The notes beneath the pieces were generated by a model that saw only the letters and a list, made by a program, of their open reading frames with translations, did no database searches and had not been told where the DNA came from. 48,616 nt of DNA from Catajapyx aquilonaris. Taxonomy: Eukaryota. Positions 13,422 through 25,569 of this stretch are shown here, one piece after another. The first letter of the stretch is position 1. Every line of letters starts with the position of its first letter. The translations under genes were made by a program, and so were the position numbers. Where the stretch lies: assembly GCA_000934665.2 (NCBI GenBank), contig JYFJ02002930.1, positions 1 through 48,616 on the forward strand, read 5' to 3'.

Positions 13422-13914
13422 GTGCGTAGCTACTTGACAATACACAGGATGATTGACAGCATAAATAAAATAACTCTGGTTGAGTTTAACTGTATTTGAA
13501 ATCTGGTGAAGTCATGTAAAGGCATAAAAGAAAATGCAATGATAAGATCTTCCTCGTGACATCATCCTAATGACATTATAAATGTGATTTTAGGCTGCCC
13601 AGCCACCGCTGCCATTCCCACAACGATGCCCGATATTAATGTGAATTAACATGTTAGATGTTGCCAAAATTGCATTTTTGTAATATGTAAATTGTCTTTG
13701 TGAATGAGACATGAGTGTATGTCTGTGTATGATATGTACAGGGCGGTAAGAAAAGTTTCCACTCCCTCTCAGATCTACACGGTGGCCCAAAAGTTATGTT
13801 ACAAATTTCAAGATCTTAGTGGATCTGAATGGAATTCATTTCCAATGATTTATAGGCTACCCATCTCTGACTAACTGATCAGTGATCATATTGGTCCTAT
13901 GGGGGAGGTGTGGT

Positions 13915-14195
13915 GGCCAAGCAGTGCACGACCACATGTAACTGCACATGTTGACGAAACCAACTGCAATACTACCTAAAAATGAAGGGTGGAACACAAT
14001 CATAAAGAGTAGGCAAAATGAAGGTGCTCTCCTCGAAGAAAAGAAATACTTTAGCCCTCGTATTACTCATAATTAGCATGACTGTGCAATGCAGGATTTC
14101 ATACAGGATCAAGCAGAATGGGGTCTAATGGTCTTATGACGCATGTCAAATTACTTTTAAAAAACCAAGCCATTAAAAGGACCCACATATGCCTT
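13915..14195 (+). repeat. Duplicated block (paralog ~23069-23363)
   Basis: GCCAAGCAGTGCACGACCACATGTAAC...CCACATA(T/C)GCCTT is near-identical in both places. Confidence 0.9.
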
Positions 14196-14463
14196 CGAGG
14201 ACGACACAAGGGTGGTGATGCAGTACAGCCGCCAAGAGGTCGATGCGGGCAAAAGGGCTGACGAGGCCCGGGGGTCAGGGACCTCCTCCATGGTAAGCCA
14301 ACATTGATAAGCGCTCATCGTGAATTATTGAGGCTACCCGTTTCAACTGGACTTGCAGCCTTGAAGCTCATGAGGGAAGTTCCAGAAGCTAATCTCTTGG
14401 AATTGACGCTACCCGATTCAACTGGACTTGCACCCTTGTTGACAGTTGTCCAATGCTTGTAAA

Positions 14464-14507
14464 ACCATCTCTGACGAGTCCTTAAAGGACGAAACGCGTC
14501 AGGTGGT
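14464..14507 (+). ncRNA. Minimal type-I hammerhead ribozyme (Penelope-like-element/retrozyme type)
   Basis: ACCATCT-CTGACGA-GTCC-TTAAA-GGAC-GAAA-CGCG-TC-AGGTGGT. Stem I is ACCATCT/AGGTGGT, stem II is GTCC/GGAC, the CUGANGA and GAAA cores are intact, stem III is the palindromic ACGCGT, and the GUC cleavage triplet ends at 14500. Confidence 0.9.
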
Positions 14508-15566
14508 AACGAACTAAGTAAGGATGACTATCAACATTATGGATCAATACACGTTGTTGGAGGAATCGATGATGTAGAAGGTGTTTTTTGACCCGCCGTC
14601 CCCTGGGATAGTTACTTACCTAACCTTATGTCCGTCATGGATGGCCAGGGGCAGACGTGGTGTCCGGCAGGCGCCAATGAATTCATTCCACCGGATTTAC
14701 AACATGTACTTCAGGCATCAGAGTTACGACAACAAGTGCCACAGGCTACAGGGTCTGCTGTACAATATGGTATGCCTGCCCAGACCGTTGCAGCACCACA
14801 TAAGCCTCAAACTCCTAGGTCTTATGTGCAATATGGAGTATCTGACCAGAATGTTTCAGGACAACGTACACGGTTACAATGGGCTTTCTGGGACAAGGAT
14901 GTGACGTTGTTTCAGCCTAGGCGGTGCTGGAAAAATTTGATGTGCCAACTTTGAACATGTTGGAGCAAAAATAAAAATAAAAACAAATCCGGCATTCCCA
15001 TTCCGTTTCCTCCCAGCTCAGCTCCCACGTCCCACCTCCAAAAGTGAGTATCAATTTGAAATCTAATGTGCATAATGCAAACATAGTACTATACTGTATA
15101 GGTAGTTTTTGCGCTTCCATAAAAAACTATGTAAAAGTAGAAAATACAATCCACTTCCAACAGGTTGACACCACTAGTATGCGATCAATACGGCGAGTGA
15201 CACACGCCTTCAATCGGGGAAGAAGCGATGTCAAATACAATCGAGTCATCCTTGATACCAGTAGCCATGGAAGATAAATCGAGAAGGACACAGAGCGAGA
15301 CAGGGTTGCATGAGCCGATTGAATGTCAATCATGACATTTCTGTTGATGTGTAAACCTGGTTGCCGTTACCAGTAGTAACACAGTCGCATAGTCCACTGA
15401 AATAATGATTGTGAAAAAGAGTGTTTTTAAATTTTCTTAAACACTCATATACTACTTGCAAATGAAGCACTGTTCTGAGTTTTGAATGGAATCTGAGTCA
15501 GCTAAATCACTGTCACGCTTTGGTAACAACGCTTCCCACAAATGTGTCGGTGTGCAATGTCCAGTG

Positions 15567-16095
15567 ACATTTTGAGACGCATCATAAGGACAAGTAAGAC
15601 TGTCTAAAAGGGAACGTGAGAAGTGAAAAAATACAGGCTCTAAGGAGGAACTTTGTTGCCCAACAAAGCATATTTACACGACATTTCCAATCTAACGAAG
15701 CATCAGTTAGAGCTAGTTTTAAGGTGGCGCAATTGACCGCAGAGAAGGGTAAGCCGTTTTCTGATGGGGAATTTGTGAAGTCATGTGTGAAGGCTGTCAT
15801 GGAAGAAGTGTGCCCTAATAATACAAATTTGATCAATGATCTGTGCCTATCTGCTCGTACTATCACTAGACGAGTGAAAGATATCGGGGACCATTATTTT
15901 GTTAGATAAGTTGCAAGAAAGGGCCAAAATGTTCACATACCATTCAATTGCACTTGAGAGCAACGATAGGGACAGTGCTCAACTACTAATTTTTGTAGGG
16001 GGAATAGATGATAACTTTCCGATCACAGAAGAACTCGCAGGACTTGCAAGTATGAAAGGAACTACAGGGGAAGACTTGTTTGTGAGAGTCTGTCA
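15567..16095 (+). pseudogene. hAT transposase remnant, GTF2IRD2/SPIN-like, N-terminal part
   Basis: HFETHH..ASFKVAQLTAEKGKPFSDGEFVKSC..VCP..LSARTITRRVKDI..HSIALES.D..DSAQLLIF..EEL..MKGTTGEDLF. Confidence 0.9.
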
Positions 16096-16736
16096 AGTTA
16101 TAGATGTCCGTGCTTTCACCATACGCGTTACATCCACTACTCACATCAGGTTAGTGACAAATATGCCAAGCAAAGCCAGTTGCCTTAGAAAGACACGGAA
16201 GGCAAAATATGCAACGGATCATGATAGCAGAGACGTGAAATACAAGAATCCAGTGACAAGGGGGAAAAAAAACAATCAGACACATCGAGAGGCAATACGA
16301 AAAAGGCAGAAAAGGTACGATACAGAGCATCGGGAGTACATAAGGTAGAATTGCAGAAACTACAAGTCAGAACATCGAGAGGTCATAATCATGAGTCATA
16401 ATATACAATAAAGAGAACATAGTTAATAAGGAAGAAGGTTAAGCATCAGGACTGGAGACGGAAGCTGGCAGCGGAATATTGCCAGAGAGGAATGATCACT
16501 CGCATCCATAAGGCCTTGCTGATTAGAAGCAGGCAGAAGAAAGGAGACGGATTGGGCAACGGCGCTTCCCAAAAGATTGCCCAGCATATGGTTCTAAGGG
16601 CGCTTGATAAGAAGCGACTGCTCTTCGCTCTCGCAAGCGGTGCCTGGCAACTGTGCAGCAGAGCCTGGCGGTTGGACATCTCAAGACAAGTGCGAAGAGT
16701 GCCTCATGTACAGTACGCATCACAATGACGAAAATC

Positions 16737-16775
16737 AGGCGGAACATGAAGGCGGAACATGAAGGCGGAACATGA
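16737..16775. repeat. 13-bp tandem repeat AGGCGGAACATGA x3
   Basis: Three perfect adjacent copies. Confidence 0.95.
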
Positions 16776-18559
16776 AGCAAAGGCAGCAGCTGCTGCGAGA
16801 GCAAAGTACCAAGAGGATTCTGCTATTGCATATAACAACATTGCCGTTAAAAAGTCATGCTCTTGACATGTACTCTGCAAATGGAGAGAATGTAACAGTG
16901 AAACGGCCGGTCATTCTATTGGGTTCAAAAACATCCCTATGAAATATATTTTGTTTTCCTAATGTTCAAAGGCACAGGTCTGCAGGCAAGGCTGCAAAAT
17001 AGAAATGATGAGACGATCAATTCCCGTAGCTTATGCACCACCACAGTTGATAAGAGAGTGACTCTGTTTATCTGGTTTGTCAAATCACTTCGAATAACTT
17101 TTGCGTCTTATAGTAATGTTTGGGCTGCCGTGGGACCAATTTCTTCCCGACTCGACTGTTGAATCGTCCAATGCAATGGCTACGATCTCACCCGAATAGA
17201 AGGCGAACTGCCAGCCAACAACTTTAACAAAATGACCATGTCCTTGACGAAATTGAGACGTTTGACGACGTTGAGTTCAGCTACCTGTCTTACGACAAGG
17301 AATAGATCCATTGAAGCAACCCGGAACTGTCCGTACGGTAAATAATATTCAGACTGGCACAGATCCGGCAACACAAATACGTTACACTTCAAGATAAATG
17401 CTGGACAGACAGATTGTCTACAGTCTCTACACCATACACTATACGAAGATCCTAGGCAAGATGGACTGGTTTAGGTAAATTGTTTATGGGGAAGATGTGA
17501 TAACCAGATCTGGCAAAGAATATTCAACTCTACAAAGGTGATTGATGGGGACTCGTGGTTAGATCTCTCCAATGTCTAGTGGTTGCCTGTAACCAAACAA
17601 TAATTACGACTGATTACACATGTTAGGTAATGAGTCTGTGCACTTAGTTTTGGAGTAGATTCGTCAGAACTTGCCTGCTTTGGAATCGAGCCCAACAGAA
17701 CAGTAAACAAAACCACTGTCAAGATGTTGCATGAAATATTCACGACGAAAGCTGCAATAGCACCTTCTGTGCCTCTTTCGATCAGTATGACTATATAAAA
17801 GCTAAAACCCATGATGGGCACTATGAAAAAAGGTAGAGAAAAATCAAGGGTACCCCGTAGCATCGGGACCCATCGTCCACTAGGCGGATGCAGGAAGAAA
17901 ACTGATCCAAGAGCTGATCGTAATCCGGTTTGACCCATGCTGGTCGCAAATGTTGTGACATATGTTGCTAATGGCTCGGTTAATTTCCTGCAGAATTTTG
18001 CTAATTATCACTGCCAAGTAGGCCACATGCGTCATGAGTGGGCCAATAAGGAACTGCGCCACACAAGGATGAAAAATGAGACGAAGAGTAAATCAATGTT
18101 TGCTTCGCGCAATATTTCATCGACGACAATGCAAAAAGTGCTTATAAATATGAAGATCATGCACAATATGACCATTGTTATCGAGTATGTTCGCAACGTG
18201 GATTGGTTTAATGAGTCACCGATACCAGCCTGGATTCACAAATAATAATGCGCCAACTGAGTTTAAGTCTGCATTAGAATCAGCACTAGCCATGGACCCA
18301 GCACCACAACCGAAACATGACACACGAAAGCGATTCTCTCCGTGGATCCCATAGTAAATGTCTCTGCCACTATTGGTATTCCACACCAGCTGTAGACGGT
18401 CACATAGGCGACAAACGTGGCGACATGAATTAAAACCGGCCATCACTTGAACCACTTCCTTTTCCCAAAATCTGGCAAGTCAAGAGTCAAAGGGCACTGC
18501 AAATATCCACCGACAGCAACATTTGACTAATTCAGGGATATATTTCTCTCCTCCTCCGG

Positions 18560-19050
18560 ACTTTAAGCAGCAGCAGCTGCTGGAGGGACTGCAACTGATT
18601 GAGCAACACCAGCAACATTTGCGGCAACAGCTACAGTTCTCATCATCTTCATGTTCAAAGAAACGACTCCGTATATTATCAGCAGCACGACAGTCAAACG
18701 AATAATCTGCTCTTGCTCCGTTTTGAAACTTGTCGTACAGTTGGAAAGGCCATGGCATATATTACAAAAGCTCTCCCTAAAAGTAAGCTGCATTTCCAAA
18801 TGTTTGTGCTTGACATGAAAGGCAGCAAAGACCTCAGGGTAGCAACTCAAATCACTTGCTCCATGCATCTAATCCTAAGCTGAAAATTCAATTTGCAGAA
18901 AGAACACTCGCAATAATAATCAACTTCTCATCCAACTGGCATGAGCAATAGCCACACATTCCAAACAAGTAAGCAAGATGACGAGGAGTATCACGATCCT
19001 TATATTGAAGTGGCCTCCAACAGGGCAATAATTATGCTTCTGTAGTTACA
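18560..19050 (+). repeat. Duplicated block with a CAG/Gln-rich segment (paralog ~40740-41275)
   Basis: Near-identical from the CAG-rich tract through GCTTCTGTAGTTACACT. It includes TVGKAMAYITKALPKS, which is reminiscent of DNA-transposase N-termini. Confidence 0.9.
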
Positions 19051-19051
19051 C

Positions 19052-19120
19052 TGGGTTCGAATCCCGGGGCCGGCAACCCTGACCGTGGTTTTCTGTGATT
19101 TTCCACGGTCTTTCTAGGAT
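19052..19120 (+). mobile_element. Truncated tRNA-derived SINE fragment
   Basis: Pol III B box GGTTCGAATCCC (19054-19065) followed by CTGACCGTGGTTTTCTGTGATTTTCC, a typical arthropod SINE body. No A box or cloverleaf. Confidence 0.6.
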
Positions 19121-19220
19121 AAGATATCTCAGTCTCATATTACTCAAATAATAATGCTGCCATGTAGATTCCAGTGGCATTTATTCATCCTAATGACATT
19201 ATTAATGTGATATTATATAG

Positions 19221-19298
19221 GGTCGGACTGCCACCTCACCGCCCAACCCTGCTGTTGCCCCCGGGTCCACCTCCTGTCCTGGAATGAGTCCCTCCAAG
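19221..19298 (+). other. Phase-0 exon-like module (GRTATSPPNPAVAPGSTSCPGMSPSK)
   Basis: TCATCCTAATGACATT upstream, ATATAG| acceptor, 78 bp, AAG|GTGAGT donor. Confidence 0.6.
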
Positions 19299-19891
19299 GT
19301 GAGTTGCTCCTTTACACATAAAGTGTTTTGGCACGAAAGTCTCACCATAAGTGACTAATCCGACTATAATATTGAAACCAATATTGCTCAATATATACAC
19401 CAGTATTTATCCAATATTGCCACAAGATATATTGCTACACGGGGCAGTGAAGAGGAAATTAAAGGTAGAAGTGAATTTAATGCACTTGAACAGGAACGAA
19501 TTAGAGCCGAATAAAATAACAGAAAGCGAATGGTGCAGTGGTATTGGCAACGAATTGAAGTTGAATGGAATAGAATAATTGAATCAGCTGCAACCTACCA
19601 AGATCTTCGTGGAACTTAATGGAATTCATATCCAATGATTTATAGCCTACCCATCTCTGGTTGATCTATGATGATCAGTGATCATGTTAGTCACAGGGGT
19701 GCAGTCATTCTATGAGTATGCATATCTGTTTCGATTCATAAAATCTCAAATTGTCCTCACTTTTATAACACTGATGCATATTATCTTGGGTTGGTGAAAT
19801 GGGTCCCAAGTCCACTTGTGTTTGTTCCCTCTTAAGAAACAACTGCGAGCAACGTTTGCCTCATTCATGGAAATATTTCTTTCCCCCTTAG

Positions 19892-20035
19892 AATTTCAAC
19901 ATGGTCAGGAGTTCCCGGCGGAAGCAGCAGCTGATACCTCTAAATCTGCCTCCGGGTCTCTGGTGGGGGACCCACCCTCCCTTCTATGCGGCGCAGTTGC
20001 AGCAATTAGCACAACAGCAGCAGCAACTACTGCAG
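19892..20035 (+). other. ATG-bearing exon of the unrecognised family (MVRSSRRKQQLIPLNLPPGLWWG..QLQQLAQQQQQLLQ)
   Basis: The CCTTAG acceptor ends at 19891 and ATG is at 19901, the same 9-nt spacing as at 988/997. The donor position is uncertain. Confidence 0.55.
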
Positions 20036-20942
20036 GTGGAAGTGACGTGGGCTGTATTTGTGTCAAGATGGTATAACGAACTCTGTTTACTGCTGAATAT
20101 GTAGAAATGTGGCTGTGAAATCCAAATGGCTCCTACAGATAAGGTGATCATGTTGCAGATGCAGCCCATTGCATCCAAATTACTGGAAAACTCTCAGTGT
20201 GAAGGTTGAGATCTGCGATGTTTGAAAACACAGTTGTACGCGTACAGTAGTTGAAGTAATGAATTGAGGAGCTCCGGAACAAAATGGCCTATGTCACGAA
20301 AAAACCGAAAAAAGTGGCAACACTGCATAAATCTCCAGTGTGGATGCAATGTATGTCTGATTCAGCCGGAACAAAATGGGCCATAGAGTCATCAGGCGAC
20401 ATAGGTGAAAATTTGATTCCGGATCAAGATGGGCTATATGTAGGAACAAGTTGGCGGAACAAAGTAGACTATGTCATTCAGCCATCTTGACGCATGTGCA
20501 GTAGATTGTTAACCACAATGGCAGCCGGCAGGACGGGCGCGTGACTGCAACCAGTGGAGAGGTACGTCCCAATTGACGGTACAGAGTTATCACTTGATTA
20601 ATCTGCATTGCTTTGTATGAGACCCAGCCGTGCTCAGGTTTGTGTGAATAGCCTTTAAAATGCATTCCTTTTCTCAGGCACAAAGTAACAATGGATGACC
20701 AACCTGTAGGTGATGATGACTTCAAACGCGTCCAGGATCTCCAAAGTGAAGGGACGCGTGGAAGGAAGAGGGCGAGACAGGCAGAACGGCCCGGAAGAGC
20801 AAATGGTGAAGAAGAAAACTTTTAAATGTTTCCCTTCGTGAATTGTTTCTAGGAAGGGGCAGTTGATGAGAGACCCGAAGTACCTGCACTTCAGTTCAGC
20901 GATGTGTAAGAAACAATAATAGCAATTCTATTTTAAGGGGAG

Positions 20943-21000
20943 CAGTGGCGTATCTAGGGTGGGGCAGGTAGGGCACATGCCCTGGGCGCCATGAAGGCGC
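20943..21000 (+). mobile_element. Solo hAT-type terminal sequence (CAGTGGCGTATCTAGGG..GCCCTGGGCGCC)
   Basis: Resembles hAT/MITE ends. I did not find a partner TIR. Confidence 0.4.
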
Positions 21001-21114
21001 TGTGAAAAGGGCGCGACTCACGAGTTTCTGTTTAAAATTTCGTTTTCAAGTTTTCGAGTTTACATCAACTAGATACAGTATACGAGAAAGTAAAAATCCA
21101 TCATTTCATCAGAA

Positions 21115-21247
21115 ATAGATCACAATGCTACGACAATGCTGCTGTGATGGCTGGGCACAAAAATTGTGTTAGTCAGAGAATGAAAGAGAAAAATCACTTG
21201 GCAGTGTTTGTGAATTTCGACGATCACTCTCTGTACTTGGTGGGGGA
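21115..21247 (+). pseudogene. hAT transposase remnant (ZMYM/Tip100-like)
   Basis: RSQCYDNAAVMAGHKNCVSQRMKEKNHLAVFVNFDDHSLYLVG matches the Q.YD.A..M.G...V......N..A.FV.C..H.LNL motif. Confidence 0.8.
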
Positions 21248-22995
21248 CTATTCACAATTAAAACATGTTTAATGAGCAAAATTTTGCAGACCTGTGTTAA
21301 ATGACGTATCTCAAAATTTGGGCAACCCTTCATTTGACCAAGAGTTTGAGTATTTTGAAACCTTCATAAATCTGCAAGACATGGACACAGCAATTGAAGC
21401 CATTTGAATCAATCATCGGCCTGCCATGTTTTGACACTATATGCATGTGCAAGTACCAAATAAGATGATCAACCCCAGGACAACCTACAACCCATGACGA
21501 CACGGTACATATCTGCCAGAAGTTGACAATCTTTTGGTATCAGACAATAACACTGCGTTTTGTAGTGTCTGGCGATAGTTTTCTGCTGAATGATGTCATG
21601 CCGTTGTAGGAATATTGGCGGTGAACCTGCTGGACAACACACACATCATGTCTGTATCCCCCCTGGAATCCACCATTACAAATAGCAAATTATATATTAA
21701 AGGAAACAAGATCAATTGGATGAACGCACAAGAAATTATGATGAAAAAATCCGCACCTTTCAACTTACGACAACACATTACATTCGCCAGATGTTGAGAA
21801 TGTTTAGAGGCATACACAAATTGCAATTATGAACGAGGCACATCAAGCTCAATCCTGCGCAGTAATGGATCACTGCTGTAGGCTACATGAAATGCCTTAA
21901 AATCCAGACTAAGTTACCAATTATGCCAGTGACTTAACCACTTGTTACTCAAAAATTATTCTAATTACAATTGATCTGGGCATGAACATTTGTATCTAGA
22001 GCTCAACTCAGCTGCCCAAGGTATTTAACGATCAGAAGATAGCTCAACTGCAATAAGGAATCACGCCTTTTAAAGCAAGCGACAATCATCATTGCTGCCT
22101 GCTGCTTTATGCTAATCCTTCTCACTGCCATTCAGGAAGGGCGAAAACCAAACAATACGTACAATGATCAACCTCACTTGCGGACAACTGGACAACCACA
22201 AGGTCACATAATGCATACATACATGTACAACACAGTGCCCGGTGATTATGTATGTCAGCATCTCGCTTCCCCTGGTGGGGCTGGGACCCTGGGTGTGGCC
22301 CCTAGGCGGACACGGAGCCGGACACGTCTTCCCTGCAGCCGTACTCCTGGAGGAATGGAAGGGAGAGGGATGGCGCCTCAACGAGAGGCACAGCTAGAGT
22401 TGCGCAGAGTGGCCAGCGCCTCCAATCGTGGCAGAAGAGAACTCCCAGTCTCCATAAGCGCATAAGGGACGTAAGTAGAGGAGACCAATCAAACATGGCA
22501 GACATCACACCACTCTTAAATAATACGGAATAGTTGGGATCGACAACGCTATTTCAAGTATTTGATGGCAGCTACTAGAAATATTAGGTTCACACTGAAT
22601 AATTCCGAAGAACATGATCAAAATTTGATTTATTTTTGGACGTGAAATATTCACCAGTTTCACTGCCAATCGGTGGTGACATTCATCCACTGAAAAGTAC
22701 TTCAGGAGGTGCGGTAATTAACAGCCAGCTAATACTGGCAGCTGATGTCCACTCCGGCGAGTAACTGTTATGAAGATGATTGCGTCACACGATGCAATGC
22801 CAAACGGGCCGCTTTGAACGCGACGTCACGAGCTGTGTCGTTTATTAATTCGCCGCTTGATTCGTGTAGCAGTTGAACGAAACCCTTAATAGTATCTTCC
22901 TGTAGCCCATAAAATGTCCCATGCAGCTGATAAGCCTTTCATTTGCATAATAGTGTAATTCAGTGTAGTACTCTAATGTAATGCAAACAGTGACT
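21247..22995 (+). repeat. Composite block, copy 2 of 3
   Basis: Colinear with 41306-43145 over its full length and with 3213-4714. It has a ~70-bp deletion at ~21595 bounded by TGATG microhomology. Confidence 0.95.
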
Positions 22996-24651
22996 CCCAC
23001 CGGGCCGGGGCCTGGCTGCCGATACCACACTGCGCTTTTCATCCTTCAGTACGAAAAGTTGTCGCTCAAGCCAAGCAGTGCACGACCACATGTAACTTCA
23101 CATGTTGAAGAAACCAACTGCAATACTACCTAAAAATGAAGGGTGGAACACAATCATAAAGAGTAGGCATAATGAAGGTGCTCTCCTCGAAGAAAATAAA
23201 TACTTTTGGCCTCGTATGACTCATAATTAGACTGCATAATGAGCATTACTGTGCAATGCAGGATTTCATACAGGATCAAGAAGAAGGGGGTCTAATGGTC
23301 TTATGACGTATGTTAAATTAGTTTTAAAAAACCAAGCCATTAAAAGGAAACCACATACGCCTTGTGCCAACTTTAATGCTTTAAAAATAGTGCAAATACT
23401 GTCCCGCAGTGGAATGCGAAAAATATCTACTAAGGTTATTGGTCCAAAAATGCGACGAACACTACTTCACTAATTCCATAACATGGCTTTGAACATATTC
23501 CAAATGAGCAAGACCTCCAGATATTGTGCCGATACATTTGATGGAAGCCCCACGATTTTGTACCAAATGGGTAAAATACAAGGGGTTAATGTACCATACA
23601 GGCAGCAGCATTGGAAACTCTTCCCCATGTTGCTCCAGAGGACAGAGAATTGGCCTTTGAAAAAGGCGATGACAGCATCCAATGAACAATATTGCAAGTC
23701 CCAAGCATTTCAGTTGATTGAATTTCAGTGTTCTAATCCCATCTGGCAGGTTAACGGTGTGCCAACGCCGGTAGATAAAATTGGTGGGCTTTAGAGCACT
23801 AGTTAGGTAAGCCCACCTAAAAATCGTCCTCTCTACCAGTATGCTAATCCCCTTGAGCCGCACACCCCACAGTACAAATTAACTGCTGTGATTATTACAC
23901 CCTTGGGAATACCCCCCCAAGTTCATGTCAACGTTGTTTCTTTGTGCTAGTACGCATATCAAGTAGTATGGTACGGAGGTAATTTTGCAGCGACGTAATG
24001 AATGAATAATTTGCTGCTTGAAACATTTGCTATACTCTGGAAGGAAACTTTGTGGGCTTGTTTGGTGAAATATTCATTCAATGAGAATTTGATGGATTTT
24101 TAATTTGAAATCACATGTGCTGTTTGTGAATTATTTACTCTGGGAAGTATGCACTTGGTATTACTTAACCTTAAGAGCACAAAGCATTATTTTCAGCCTC
24201 AGGATTATGATTCACCTTTTTATACATATGCTGTTCACTGATGATTAAAGTGAATATTCAACAACACCAGGAGGGTTTCCGCACATGAAATAGCAGCTCA
24301 CTTGAATATTCAGGAGTGAAAGGTTTTGTTAATTAATAAGCCAGGGAGAATTTGAACTTGCTGCTTGCTCCTGGGAGTGATGGCTTTGAACATATTCCAA
24401 ATGATGACTAAGACCTCCTGATGCATGAACTGTGCTGTATCCAGAATTTAAAAAAAAAAAACAAAAACAAACTACCTAATGTGGTCATTGGACACCATCT
24501 GTCCAAGTTGTTCTACTGATAAGAAATCGTTGTGCCCAATTCTGAAATGGTGAAAGAAGGCAGAAGAATAATCGTTGTGACACTAAGGAAACTAATATGA
24601 TGTGTTTTTCAGCTTCTGAAGTTCACACTAACATTATGAATGCATTTTTAG

Positions 24652-24768
24652 GCTGCCCTAACAGCCGTCCCAGCAACACCAGGGCGAACGTCATCCCCAA
24701 CCACCTTTGCTGCTGCCGCCAGAGCCGCAGCAGCAGTAGACGCCAACACCTCGTACGACAAGTACGAC
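24652..24768 (+). other. Phase-0 exon-like module (AALTAVPATPGRTSSPTTFAAAARAAAAVDANTSYDKYD)
   Basis: CACTAAC branch site, TTTTTAG acceptor, 117 bp, GAC|GTGAGT donor. A second copy of the acceptor at 24876-24908 leads into an exon interrupted by a hAT fragment. Confidence 0.6.
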
Positions 24769-25029
24769 GTGAGTATCTCATTCACTTGTAAATGGTGATG
24801 CCGAAATGGCACTTTTGCAATAAATGAAACAACCTTGTGAAAGATGAGCCACCCATGTACACTATGTACCCATGTAAGTTCACACTAACATTATGAATGC
24901 ACATTTAGGCCGTCCCAACCACTGCCACCCTTACCACACCTGGGCCATCGTCCCCAGGGCCCCCGCCGGTTTTGATGCAGTGATTTGCAGGCAATATTTG
25001 GGAGATGCAATGATAAACGTTGATGCAGT

Positions 25030-25490
25030 GATTTGGAGGCAATATTTGGGGGAAGCATCTGTTGTCGAAATGATTCAGTACTACGCGAGCATCTTTTGCG
25101 GATCAAACTTGGGACAGAAGATATCAGTTTCCTATTTCTCACCCTCTCCTCAAAACGAGTTCATAGAAATACTCGAAAGGCAAGTTCGGAAGCAAGTTAT
25201 TCAGCAGGTGAAGGAAGCTAAGTACTTTTTATTATACTTGACGGTACACCGGATATTTCCCATGAAGATCAAACAAGTCAAGTTTTACGCTACGTAATAA
25301 TGGATGGAAAGACTGTTCAGGTGATGGAATCATTCGTTGATTTTATTGTAAACAAGAATAAGACAGCTGCGGAAGGTACGAAAATTATTCTGGACAAGTT
25401 AGAATATGATGGACTGGATGTCTCGAATTGCAGAGGGCAAGCCTACTACAATGCCGGTGTGATGAGTGGTCAACATCATAAAGTTCAGAA
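25030..25490 (+). pseudogene. hAT transposase remnant (ZMYM/Tip100-like), middle region
   Basis: SPSPQNEFIEIL..VRKQVIQQVKEAKYF..DGTPDISHEDQTSQVLRYV..ESFVDF..LDVSNCRGQAY.NAGVMSG. Confidence 0.85.
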
Positions 25491-25569
25491 ACTATTTTGT
25501 TCATCCTAATGACATTCATAAATTTGCTTATAGGGTGCTTAGTCCTAACGTGAATAGAAAAATTAGTAT

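Noticed and set aside
14268..14292. Second hammerhead (CTGACGA-GGCC..GGTC)
   Set aside because: The required GAAA and the stem III/cleavage site do not follow the putative stem II.
19052..19120. tRNA gene
   Set aside because: Only a B box is present; there is no A box, acceptor stem or cloverleaf. It fits a SINE fragment better.
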